A stretch of DNA of 64,000 bases, from NCBI RefSeq assembly GCF_902652985.1, contig NW_022979591.1, positions 62,001-126,000 of the forward strand, in the 5' to 3' direction. A program made the position numbers and the translations under genes. How positions within the stretch are numbered: the first letter of the stretch is position 1; every line of letters starts with the position of its first letter. Positions 13,936 through 24,882 of the stretch are shown here, piece by piece. Origin of the DNA: Pecten maximus (Eukaryota). Below the pieces are notes generated by a model that ran no database searches, had not been told where the DNA came from, and saw only the letters and a list, made by a program, of their open reading frames with translations.

Positions 13936-15402
13936 TTAAAAAATAACCAACAATATTTAATCATTGCAACTGGACCAAAACCGTATTATATCAGCTAAGT
14001 CCTCATAGGATTTGTCCTTTCTTATATATACTCACATGATAAATTATAACACAGTAAGTTAGAAAATATTAACTATATTACTATACCAATCCGTGTCATA
14101 ACATTTAGAAACTTTTTAGAAATGAACCAGACGATTAAAACTTGTAAACAGTAACTACATAAGATATGGACTTTATTACAAAGATCAGAAGTACAGCATT
14201 ACACAAAGAGAAAACCTATGACCCTTAATCCATACAGGGGTATAGTAAACATGGGACATGTAACCTGTACAACCATATTAAGGGTAGTTATGTTCCAATG
14301 AGCCAGAATATTAAAATTGCTGATAAATATCTATCAAGGACCAGGTTACAAAGAATATACCATATAATTTTTAACCTTGCCTACTGTTATGTTTAAGGTA
14401 AACAAATAAGGAAAAATGATATTTTTAATTTCATTTATGTTTATTATTCCTGTATAAATATATTAACGAATATGTACTTATTGAACAAAAATGAAGCGAA
14501 AAATAATTACTGATTGATTCACAGATTGCCAGGAATCCATTTATGAGAACATTTCCTAAAATTTACAAATATCAACTGAAACTTGTACTAGCAGCCTTAT
14601 GTCACGTGATCGAAGCGGTGTCGGGTCGTTTCTGTAACAAGTCCTATCGGTACCTTTTCGGAAGTTGTTTCGGGACATTCGGAAGTCGTTTCGGTAGAAG
14701 TGCGGGTTGTTTCGGGAGACATGAGCAAGTCGTTTCGGTACTTTCAATCAACATTAACATGAATTAATCTGTTTTTAAAACGATTCATAAATACCTATTA
14801 CGCTTCAGATATTTTGATTATGACAACAAATGTATCGATAATACAAACGGCATTGTTTTAACCCCCAAGCGCAGTGTTTTCTTTAAACCAGCACTGGTGG
14901 TTCTTTCCTTTATGATCGTACCTAAACACGTTATTATTTGGTTCATATTTTCAAACTTCTATTACAGAAGCAATACAATCAAAATCAAAATTGGTATATA
15001 ACAACCCATGCCCGAGAAATAAAGGCTATACAGGGTGATTTCATTACTTTTTTTTTATTTCGTATTAGGTTTGTTAAATCATTATGTTCATACATGTAGG
15101 TATGGAATTAAATACGTTAAGCTAGAGAAATATATACATTTATAGAAATATATAAAGTTAGAGCACAAACGCGACGGTCGTATGCCGACGTTGGTCTAAT
15201 GTGTCCAACGGTCGCATCTTATATTTGTTGTTGATTTGTAATATCGAGTTATACTAATTACCGATATTATTGTTATGGACGGTATATCATGATTGTTTGA
15301 TATTAATGAAAAAAACTTAGCAAGAATTATGCTGTTTTTGTGTTGATCATTTAACGTTATCACGTGGTAGTCTACAGTAAACGTTGTAAGGGACATTAAC
15401 CC

Positions 15403-16950
15403 CCCAGCGGGCACACAACGTCTGGAGAACGTTGCAGTTACGTCAGGATGCAACGTTGCATTTAGGTTGTAGGAATGTTGCAAATGAAAGTTTGGGGAAC
15501 GTTTTCATACAACGTTACCACAACGTTACTGAGTTACGATGTGGCAACGTTTTATTTACGTTGTATAGACGTTGTCGCAACGTCGTATTATTTTAATTTC
15601 TACTATTGTTACCTATTATGTACAACAAAAACTCAAGTTGTTTTATACAGTATTTTAATGTCTTTATTTCCATGTGTTCATGTGCTTGCACTCCTCCCAT
15701 CACTCCTATCTGATGTCTCTGATTACCTCGGTGCATCCAGTTATCACCATTTAATCTGTAAAGAAAAAAATCAAAACAATAATTATTGATATACCGTAAA
15801 CTTTTCGGCAATATATCATAACGTGCTCGGTTAACAAATATGCGTAAAACTTAACTTATGCCCGGTGATACCAAAATCGTACATCCGTTGTACGAACGTA
15901 CGTGAAGATAAATCATAACATGTCCGATCTGTTTGTAAATAAACACAAGTCAAAATCAAACGCAGTGTAATAAACAAAATACGAATCATATAGAACTTAC
16001 CTTGATTTACTGATCTGTATTCAGGAAGAAAGCTGATTCCATATGTTATTTTGAAAGCAAATACATAATCCAGTACAGCAAGTCAACAGTCCGATTGAAA
16101 TGTGTGTGTGTACGGCCCACGTGTGTTTTCAGAACAAAGAACCGGAAGTTAAAATTACCGCGCAAATATCAATACTGTTTTTTCTTCTCTTTATCTATTT
16201 CTTTTCCCGAAAAAAATTGCAATGGTTTCAACCAAAACATGATATTTTCATGCAGTTAAAACTGAAATGAAAGTCGTTTTAAAAAAATGGTTTTGAAATG
16301 AATTAGACTGGATTACCTGCCGTAGTTTTTCTACTCTCCGCTAGGCTTCGCTTCGAAAATACAATAGTAGTCATGAGCGCAACCTAGCGGAGAGAAATGC
16401 TACTAAGGCAGGTAATCCAGTCTAGAAATGAATGTGAATGTTTGTATTGCCCCCTGACGGATATATATTGCAACATAAAGGGAGGTAACACCGATTTGTT
16501 ATCGTAAGCCTGTAAGTTCGAGTTTGATCACATTTATTGGTATAAAAGGAGGTCTAACGGCAAAATTGGATCAGGAAAGGATCAATGATCAATGTTATAT
16601 TATAAGGGCACATTATAGGCGACGTAGATTGCTTTTAAACTAATCTAAACATATTCATTATTGACAAATAAAATTTCGAGCCAATTAGATAATTAAATTT
16701 ATCATGAAATTTGATGTTTTCGTTCGGTATGTCTTTGGCATTTGTGTAAACTTGCAAGCCGTTTAAAATTAACAACAAATACACAAAGTTTGCATTAAAA
16801 CCTTGTTACAACGTTGTTACAACGTCAAAAGCTAACGTTGCACTAACGTTTGACATAAAACGTTCTCACAACGTTGTAGGAAAGTCCCGGACGTTGTGAC
16901 CTGAATAGGACGTTTTCCGGACGTTCTCCGAACGTTGTGTGTCCACTGGG
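15403..16950. mobile_element. EnSpm/CMC-like non-autonomous DNA transposon nested in the MULE-like element
   Basis: TIR CCCAGCGGGCACACAACGT versus right-end reverse complement CCCAGTGGACACACAACGT; 2-bp TSD CC; many sub-terminal CAACGTTG motifs. Confidence 0.75.
16304..16424 (+). mobile_element. 121-bp minimal non-autonomous AcademH derivative
   Basis: Left ~60 bp match 17858 onward and right ~60 bp match the end at 53368; own 9-bp TSD GAAATGAAT (16295-16303, 16425-16433). Confidence 0.92.
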
Positions 16951-18409
16951 CCGAGTCGTGGCTAGTAAGCATTATAGCATTATATTCCAATAATAGATTG
17001 TTGATGCAATTATAGTCACTTAAAAATGCAATGAAAACACAAAAATGATAGAATCTGCATTGTTTTATTAGTACCGAAACGACCTACCGAAGTCCCGAAA
17101 AATCTCGCGTATGTACCGAAACGACCCCGAGACTTTTCGGGACTCCCGAAACGACTTGCTACCGAAACGACTTGTTACCGAAACGACTAGCATTCATCGA
17201 AGCAGGGGGTCTTACCTGGGGACCATACTTCCACCTGTACATGTGTTTACACCTGTATAAATATAACGCGGGGGGTCTTGCCCAACGGCCATGTTTGTTT
17301 ACCTGTGGATGTTCACCTGTATTATTTGGCTATATTTCCGAGAATAAATACGGCCCCAAGAATCATTATTTCGTACCACAAACCCAATAAAAATAATGTG
17401 TGTAACAACAAGATCGCTTTACCGAACATTTAACAGCGACATTTTACGTGTTGAGTCGATTTTCCAGCATAAAATAACGTACATTTTATATTGAAATAAC
17501 AGGTGATTTTTGTCTATGGTCATGTAACATCATGTTTTTAGGCAATTACGTAAGAAATTGAAGATAACTTGAATGGAAATATAATCTTAAATGTTAATAC
17601 TTACGTTATGCGTTGATATATACAGTTGTCGGGATGTAAATATGTCGGAAACAGCGAGTTAGCGGATCAAAATACGATTTTCTACGTAAGGTGCTGATGA
17701 CACCTTAGGCGGCCATGACAGTTTTGCACACCAGGTGGCGCGGAACTAGAAATAGGTCATATTTTCAATTTATATTCGTCCGTTTTATTTTTGTTATGAA
17801 AATCCGTAAATTTACATGTAATCGGTAAATTTGTACAACCCAGTACATCAGTTAGTCTAGACTGGATTACCTGCCGTAGTTTTTCTACTCTCCGCTAGGC
17901 TTCGCTTCGAAAATACAACGACAGGTCAGGGCTATCGATCCTGTCATTTTGATTGGCCGATATAAATAAAACCGGAAAGACATCCCCACGACGGATGTCG
18001 TCTGCATCAATACAATATTGATATGGAACTTTGCGTTTGGAGCAACCCTAATTTTGATGAAATGTATCATTCTACAATATTTAAGTGGGACGGAGGTCGA
18101 GATGTTTGACACTACGTTGTTGTATTCTTTGTGTGCAGTACTCGGTCGTTTTTTCTACGTCACTGTTTGAACCAAAGTGATTGTTACGTTTACTGCTCAT
18201 CAGTCCTTTGTGTAACTACTAAATGTAAGTCATTGTAATACAAGTCTGCCTCAATGGACCATGTTCTATATGTAACACATAATAATGGCGACTGGTCATT
18301 TTTTAGCAAAACTGAATTTCTCTATAAAAACAAAAATTGCATTATTCAATATTAATGAAAGTCGTTTGAAGTGTTATAATTACCTGAAACCTGGACAATT
18401 TCAGTGTGT

Positions 18410-18795
18410 TGTAGTGTCTCGGGCCGAGTTGACCTGATTACTTACGCCGGAAGTGCGTCACGGTTCACTGGCCCGTGCCAGATAAAGATCTACCCCGTGT
18501 ACAGTCTCTTCACACCTGACCGGCAATCAGACAACACGTGTGTTAGACCATCTCTCGTTTTTAACGGAGTCAGTATATCTCTACGTAAGTAGTGTCAGTT
18601 ATCTTAGTGCTCCGGGCTTTTAGCTAGGACACTAAGCCAGTATATTCTATTGGATAAGTATTTGACTGCTGTATCATCACCGTATCCTGACCTGTCCAGC
18701 GACCCGTGGTGATATAGATCGACCTCCATTGTAAACCAGATAGCGTGACCAACAGCGAGGTAACTAGCTTGTGGTGTAACAGCAACGTTACTTTA
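18410..18795 (+). repeat. 5' LTR of element 2
   Basis: Direct repeat of 24883-25268; TG...TA termini; contains a GTAAGT donor-like site (~18585). Confidence 0.95.
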
Positions 18796-18796
18796 A

Positions 18797-18809
18797 TGGT
18801 GTCAGCAGT
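18797..18809 (+). promoter_or_regulatory. Primer-binding site, tRNA-Leu-like
   Basis: TGGTGTCAGCAGT, 1 nt after the LTR; resembles the tRNA-Leu PBS TGGTGTCAGAAGT. Confidence 0.6.
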
Positions 18810-19412
18810 ATTGGCTAGTAATTGATAAATTAATGTTTATTCATTGAGTCCTGTATTTATCAATTTTCGCGCAGTTTTCCTGATTTTTCTGTGGTTTCAA
18901 TTACGATTTTATCGAATTGTTCCTCAGCCAGCAGTCACGTGGTTTACAGATTCATGATACCGTTCCTGTGTGTTATTTTATAATACGAGGATTAAATTTG
19001 TATCATTTTCATTGCACAACATTATTCTACACCACATATTCCTGTGTTATTTTATGATACGGAGTATTTTTTACGGTGGAATTTTGTATTTATTGTATGC
19101 CTATTTTTTGAATAAAAAATATCCAACCTCTACTGTTTCATCAAAATGGCGTCAGTTCCGGTTAAAATGGCGTCGCTTCCGGCTAGAAACATAAACACGG
19201 CAACTTTTGAAGATATGGTCCGGTATTTACCTGGAATAGGGGAGACACGTGCAAGGACCCTAATTAATATGAGATTTAATTATGGGAAATAAACCGCAGA
19301 GCACATTACAGCGGCTTTTGGTGGCAGAAAACCAAGTCAGGAGTTATGGGACTCTATTTATTTTGGAGAGCCAGGCAGGCAGTCCCATAAGTCACCGGAG
19401 TTTGCTGATTTA

Positions 19413-21215
19413 TTGGACATGGGGGAATTCCTAACCCCAGTTCTCGCCCCACCCCAGGTACCTATTACCACATCGCAGCCGTCAATACAGAGACATGGGA
19501 CTCCGGAGTTTTCAGAAATATCGGAATTTGATCCCATGTCTCGCGCCAACATGGTTGGGTTCCCTAATGTAGGGAATCCTACGCGTATTTTATATAACAC
19601 GGGTGTTGACGATACAGACAAAAAATGGTCACCAGTTAATACTTTGGTGAAACCTGTCAACAGCATGGATTTAATGCCAATGGACTATCCGGATGTCCCG
19701 GTATTTGACCCCAAACAGGAAATGGGGGCCATTCCCAAGTCTAAGCAGCCAGAGTCAGCCAAGTTACCTATACCTATGAAGTTGGAGCCGCCATCTTCAT
19801 ATGATGAGATGACTAGGCATCGACTTAGTTCACTCTGGTTAAATCGACCCGAAGTATCCAGTCAACCCCCACCCAGTCATGCGCCCAGCTACTACCCAAC
19901 TGAGGACAAAGCTAGTGTCCAAGTATCGAGGTCGGACAAGACACCTCAAAGGTCATGTAAGTCTTCGAGGTCACCTAGCAAAGGGACATCGTCTTTCAGG
20001 TCTCTTAAACCAAGATCATCAAGGTCATCGAGGTCACCTGGAAAGCCGATGCATCATCACAAAACTAGGTCACCATCAGATACTAGAGCCAGTTCAAAGG
20101 GTAGGTCTGGACACCATAGGCGCCGTCATGACTCCAGGTCAACATCCAGGTCTAGAAGGCAACCTAGTTCTTCTAGGCACCGAGGATATTCGCCATGTCG
20201 TCATGACCGTATGAGCACTAGCCGGAGTGTTCGGTCTCCTTCAAGGAAAGGTTACAGCGATCGCTCTGTTTCGCGTCGCCACAAGCGCTCTGTTCCGCGT
20301 CATCGCAGTCGCGGTCATCACAATCGCTCCAGTCGTGAGAAGTCGAGATTTTATTTCGACACCTCAAGTTCTGGTAGCGAGTCCAGTGGAGATGATTATC
20401 ATAGCTTGGGACCACGGGGTAAGCCACAGAAGCTACCGAAAAACCTCAAGTATGATGGTTCAACAAACTGGCTGTCATTCAAGCAGAAGTTTGACAGTTT
20501 CCGTACGGTCCTTCACTGGTCAGAGGGAGAATGCCGTGACTACCTGACGTGGGCATTAGATGGTAAGGCCTTGGATTATTTCACGATGAATGTCGGCATG
20601 GGACGGGAATGTTCTTTCCGTACAATTATGAAGAAATTGGAGGGACGTTTTGGTGCTAAGGAATTACCCGAGACGTCGACGGTCAAATTCCAACAGGCCA
20701 CTCAGAAGAATGACGAGTCACTCGATGACTGGGCCGATAGAGTTATGACCCTCGCCACACCCGCATTTCGTCACCTACCGGAGAAACATGCCCGTTCCGA
20801 GGCCATTTCCAGATTTTGCCAGGGGAGCACTGACAAAGACGCAGGGAAACATGTGTTTCTCATCAGACCACGGTCCATGGAAGGAGCTCTGAACCTGATG
20901 AAACAATATCAGTATGTTAGCCAGGCCGTGGATGGAAAGAAGAAAAAAGGAAGGGAGGAAACCTCAGTCAATGCAGTGAAGTCTTCTCAAGATGAGATTA
21001 AAGCTCTAATTGAGAAGGAGGTCAACAAACTTGCAGCTAAACTGGGGAAGACCAATCTACAGGCTCAAGGACAGTCTGGTTCCAACGAAATAACCTGCTT
21101 CTTTTGTAAAGGAGCAGGCCATATGAAAAAAGACTGCCGCCGCTACAAAAGGTGGTGTGAGAAGAACCCAGACAAGGTCAAGAAGGCAAAGAACTCTACC
21201 GATTCTTTAAACTAG
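19413..21215 (+). CDS. gag: Gag of element 2 (Arg/Ser-rich linker, capsid-like region, CCHC zinc knuckle)
   Basis: KYDGSTNWLSF capsid-like motif, QKNDESLDDWADRV, CFFCKGAGHMKKDC. True start codon uncertain. Confidence 0.9.
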   Translation: MDMGEFLTPVLAPPQVPITTSQPSIQRHGTPEFSEISEFDPMSRANMVGFPNVGNPTRILYNTGVDDTDKKWSPVNTLVKPVNSMDLMPMDYPDVPVFDPKQEMGAIPKSKQPESAKLPIPMKLEPPSSYDEMTRHRLSSLWLNRPEVSSQPPPSHAPSYYPTEDKASVQVSRSDKTPQRSCKSSRSPSKGTSSFRSLKPRSSRSSRSPGKPMHHHKTRSPSDTRASSKGRSGHHRRRHDSRSTSRSRRQPSSSRHRGYSPCRHDRMSTSRSVRSPSRKGYSDRSVSRRHKRSVPRHRSRGHHNRSSREKSRFYFDTSSSGSESSGDDYHSLGPRGKPQKLPKNLKYDGSTNWLSFKQKFDSFRTVLHWSEGECRDYLTWALDGKALDYFTMNVGMGRECSFRTIMKKLEGRFGAKELPETSTVKFQQATQKNDESLDDWADRVMTLATPAFRHLPEKHARSEAISRFCQGSTDKDAGKHVFLIRPRSMEGALNLMKQYQYVSQAVDGKKKKGREETSVNAVKSSQDEIKALIEKEVNKLAAKLGKTNLQAQGQSGSNEITCFFCKGAGHMKKDCRRYKRWCEKNPDKVKKAKNSTDSLN

Positions 21216-21247
21216 TAGGGCCCAGGACTACGGGCCAAGCCCCTGAG
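21206..21247 (+). promoter_or_regulatory. Candidate -1 ribosomal frameshift signal (gag/pol)
   Basis: T TTA AAC just before the gag TAG, 6-nt spacer, then stem GGCCC/GGGCC. The -1 frame is open into the protease. Confidence 0.75.
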
Positions 21248-21810
21248 CCACTTGTAGATTTAGGCCTAGATATGGATTCTATGGAGGTTTTTAACCCCAT
21301 GCCTACTACTCCCATGGTTGTTTCAACCGATCCAGCAAATGTTTTGCTAGATATTTCTTCTTCTTTACCAATTTCACAACCTGTTAACTCAGAGGCTACT
21401 GGTGCTTTTAGTACAGTAGATGATGCATTTTGTGTCACCTCTAAACCTGAGGTTGTTTATATCAATAGGATTTGTGCTAGCTCCTCATTAGTTAAGGTCA
21501 CAGTTGGAGAGGTACCTATTACAGCCAGGATTGATTCCGGAGCAGAGATGACTATTATCTCCACATCTGTATTTGACAGACTTCGGAAAAAACCTAAGAA
21601 GTTGAAAGATGTTGTAATGCACTTGGCAGACACAGAATCTTCTCTGAATGGCACTTGGATTGCGCCAATTAGTCTGAAAATTGGTTCCAGCGTGTTTAAG
21701 GAAAGCGTGTATGTGGCCCCCATCAGTGATGAAATGTTATTAGGACATGATCTCCTACACAAATGGGGCACCATCCACGATATGAAAACAGATACTCTTC
21801 TGATAGGGGA
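21212..21810 (+). pseudogene. Aspartic protease, truncated by the internal pol deletion
   Basis: ARIDSGAEMTII and MLLGHDLL motifs; jumps at ~21805-21810 into the integrase tail. Confidence 0.85.
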
Positions 21811-22215
21811 GATGTCGTGTATCTTTTAGATACTGCAGTCACCAAGGGTAAATGTAAAAAACTATGTTCCCCTTGGAAAGGACCGGGAGTTATAGTGAAG
21901 AAGATATCGCCTTACCTGTATCAAATCAAGCTTCGCAGTTCCGTTTTGGTGACCAACCATGATAGAATGGCCCCTTGTAAAGATAGGAAAATCCCTGCGT
22001 GGATCCAGACCTTTAAGACAAAAGGGGGAGGAGATGCGGAGCTACCAGACCAGAGTACAGAAGTTTTTTGTGTTTGTCGTAAACCATGGCAAGGCCGGTT
22101 CATGATACAATGTGATTATTGTCAGGAATGGTATCATGGATCTTGTGTCAACGTAACTGCTACTGAGGCACTGGATATTGACAAATACAAATGTAAGGGT
22201 TGCTGTAATAAGTAA
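21808..22215 (+). pseudogene. Integrase C-terminal (SH3-like/GPY-F) region fused to a PHD finger
   Basis: GDVVYL...KLCSPWKGPGVIV...NHDRMAPC, then FCVCRKPWQGRFMIQCDYCQEWYHGSCVNV...KYKCKGC (C4HC3). Confidence 0.88.
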
Positions 22216-22245
22216 TCATGTGCTCTGTTCTGATTATTTACAGAT

Positions 22246-24496
22246 ATGGCAAACAGAGGGACCACTCAGCCCATTGATGAGCAGGCAGCAGCGTGTTTAC
22301 GCCGAGGTGAGCTGTTTCAGCCCCCTACTGCATTCATCGAACGGATGGCCCTCTGTATGATGTCGGATCAACGCTTTGACGAGATCGTCTTGGATATGTG
22401 CAGTTTGGCAAAGGGTAAGATGGGTAAGAAGGGAGCTAACCGGAGACAACTTGAAGGTTGGCTGAAGAAGGTCGCGGAAACCTTGGACTCGCTGCAGCTC
22501 CGTTCATTCGCCTGGATTGAGCAGCACGTCGCCCCGCTGAGTCGTCGCCCTAGAGTAGGACCTGTACCTGCAGAGTCGACGGCTTGTTACCGTGACATTC
22601 GCCTGTCTACCGACCCCAATCTGGAGCGCAGGATCGAGGATGCAGTTACCACTGAGGCCCCTGCAGCATCGGAAGATGACCTGGACCTCTTGGGGGATGA
22701 CCCGATGGATATTGAGCTCATGCCCCCAGTGGATACCATGGATACCCCCGTGTTGGAGGAGCCATTGATTGGATCGCCTGCTGTATCCTCATCCCAGCGA
22801 CCAGATAGCCAGACTGTACCGTCAGGTCGCGTCTCTGCCAAGGGTCCAGCCAGTGTGCGTGAGGATTTTATCCCCGTCTCCCGTGCTAAACCCAAGGTAA
22901 GTGACCGGCCATCCAGGAGTACTCGCCGGACCAGTCCTCGTAAGAAGAGTTCCCGTAGGAGTCCCTCACCTGTCCGTCATCGTTCCAGTCCGCGGAGAGC
23001 TGCCAGAAGCCCTTCAGTGTCTGCCCCTATGCGTCGGACGAGCCCCCGTAAGCGCCCTCACAGCCAGTCAACTGGACCTATTCCCAGGAAGACGGTCCAC
23101 GTTGAGGAGCCCCGTACCACTCGAGTTGTGACGTCTGCCGAGACGAGGAGGAATAGTGGTAGAGGTTCCGAGAGGTTCTGGATCTACGTCGCGAAGCCGA
23201 GCGCCGAGGGTCAGACACTGTGTGATTCCTGACTGCAAGGAGGTTGGGAGCTACGCCAAGCCCCACGCGTTCAACCATCATTTGCCGAGGGTTTTTGACG
23301 AGCGCCTGCCCCCTGCAGCAATCAAGGTTCTTCGTGGACGGAAGGAGGCCCTTTTACAAGCCGCTGTATGGCTTTTGAGAAGAGCCGTGGACAACCTGGA
23401 CGACCTTGTGGAGTACGTGGAGATGCAGCACCTGTTGACAACATCATCGGAGAAGCTCAGCTTTTCAGACTGCCAGATAGTGGGGATGAGGGCATTTTGT
23501 GGCTATTTGAGTGTACCATGTCCAGACAACTTCACGTTGGAACCGGTGAACTCTGTAGCCGTCCTCCTCCACTGGAAGGTTTTGTTGCTGATAGCTGCCC
23601 GGATCCCTGCTACCGAGCGAGAGTATTGGAGGACGTTATTTCCTGCCCCTGAGGAAGTGGGAACCCGAACCCCTCGGGCGTTTGATGCTCACTTCCATCT
23701 TGACCGCACCCTGAAGGCCATGGGATTACGACTGGACTCTACGTTCCAGTCCGTGTTGGATGGTACCAGGATGGACAAGGGAAAGGAGGTAATCGTCGCC
23801 GGGACTTGTGCCTCTTTCTGCGACCCGGAGACTTATCCAACCACGGATAGTCTGAAGACCCTACCAGCGGATATGGAGGTCGCAGTAGGGGTACACCCCA
23901 AGAAAAGATACTCGAGCTCGGAGTTGGATCGTGTCATCAGGAAGCTGAAGGACCTCGTACGACAACGCAGAGTGACAGCAGTTGGCGAAGTTGGTGTTGA
24001 CCACTCCGTACCACCGGAGCAGTGGCCGCAGCAGTTAGTCATGTTGGAGAAGATTCTACCATTGGTGGAGCCTCGACATGTCTTGGTTCTCCATTGTAGA
24101 GGGATGTCCGGAGATAGTGGAGCAGAAGCATACCTCCTTCTTCTACACTACGTAAAGAAGGCAGTGCCTGAAGACCAGCGGATATATCTCCATTGTTTCA
24201 ATGGGGATTCCTATGTCCGTGAGCAGTGGTCTAGTGCTTTTAGGAATCTGTACTTCGGATTTACCAGCATGGCTGCAGGATTCACCCCACCTCAGGTTCG
24301 CGCCTTGAAGTGGATCAACCCTGAGAGAGTGTTGTTGGAGACCGACGCCCCCTACTTCAACCGGTCAGGCCGCAAGTGGTCTGCACCCAACCAATTGTAT
24401 TGGACGGCGGAGGCTGTAGCAAAACACCTCAGTTACACGGCGGAATCCCTGCTGAATGCGACCGTAACCAACGCTCAACGACTGTTTCGTCACTAG
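22246..24496 (+). CDS. tatD: Accessory protein (~750 aa, one frameshift near 23150): N-terminal region, RS-rich linker, C2H2-like finger, TatD nuclease (~23675-24496)
   Basis: Overlapping ORFs 22246-23232 and 23156-24496. Motifs DAHFHLD, VGVHP, VGEVGVD, LHCRG, YLHCF, YFGF, LLETDAPYF, NAQRLF. Acceptor tttaCAG (22243) just before the ATG. Confidence 0.9.
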
Positions 24497-24882
24497 GAAC
24501 TCGGAAAGGACAGTTAGGGACGGGGTTGTACCTCAGTATTTTACTAGGTAGTGAGTCTATTTTATAGGCGACCCGTACCCTCATCATCGAGGATTGTATT
24601 CTAGACATGGAGGTCGGGATTGCATCCATGTATTTTACAGGATTGTGTGTCCTTTTAGGACGACCCGCGCCTCATAACCGGATTTGACTGCAAGGGATTT
24701 TATCCCTACTATTTCCCCCTTTTTGGAGGAAGCAACCCAGTAGTAACTTAAGTGACTTCATCGCAACGCTTTTAGTGTGCAGAGTCAAAATTTAGGAACT
24801 TGATCAAGACACGGAAGATCTTTGTATATACCATTACCAACCCTCCGGCCATAAAGGACTTTCATTATAAAGTTGGGAGGAA

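Larger units (their letters stand above)
14617..17195. mobile_element. MULE-like non-autonomous DNA transposon
   Basis: 8-bp TSD ATCGAAGC (14609-14616, 17196-17203); G...C termini; sub-terminal arrays GTCGTTTCGGTA (left) and TACCGAAACGAC (right). Superfamily call is inferred. Confidence 0.75.

Noticed and set aside
22246-23232. env (envelope) gene
   Set aside because: Position fits, but no evident signal peptide or transmembrane helix; the protein continues into TatD.
23156-24496. Bacterial contamination or a host tatD gene
   Set aside because: Lies between matching LTRs with a TSD, inside an intron-bearing Academ gene, and a homologue sits in a second LTR element.
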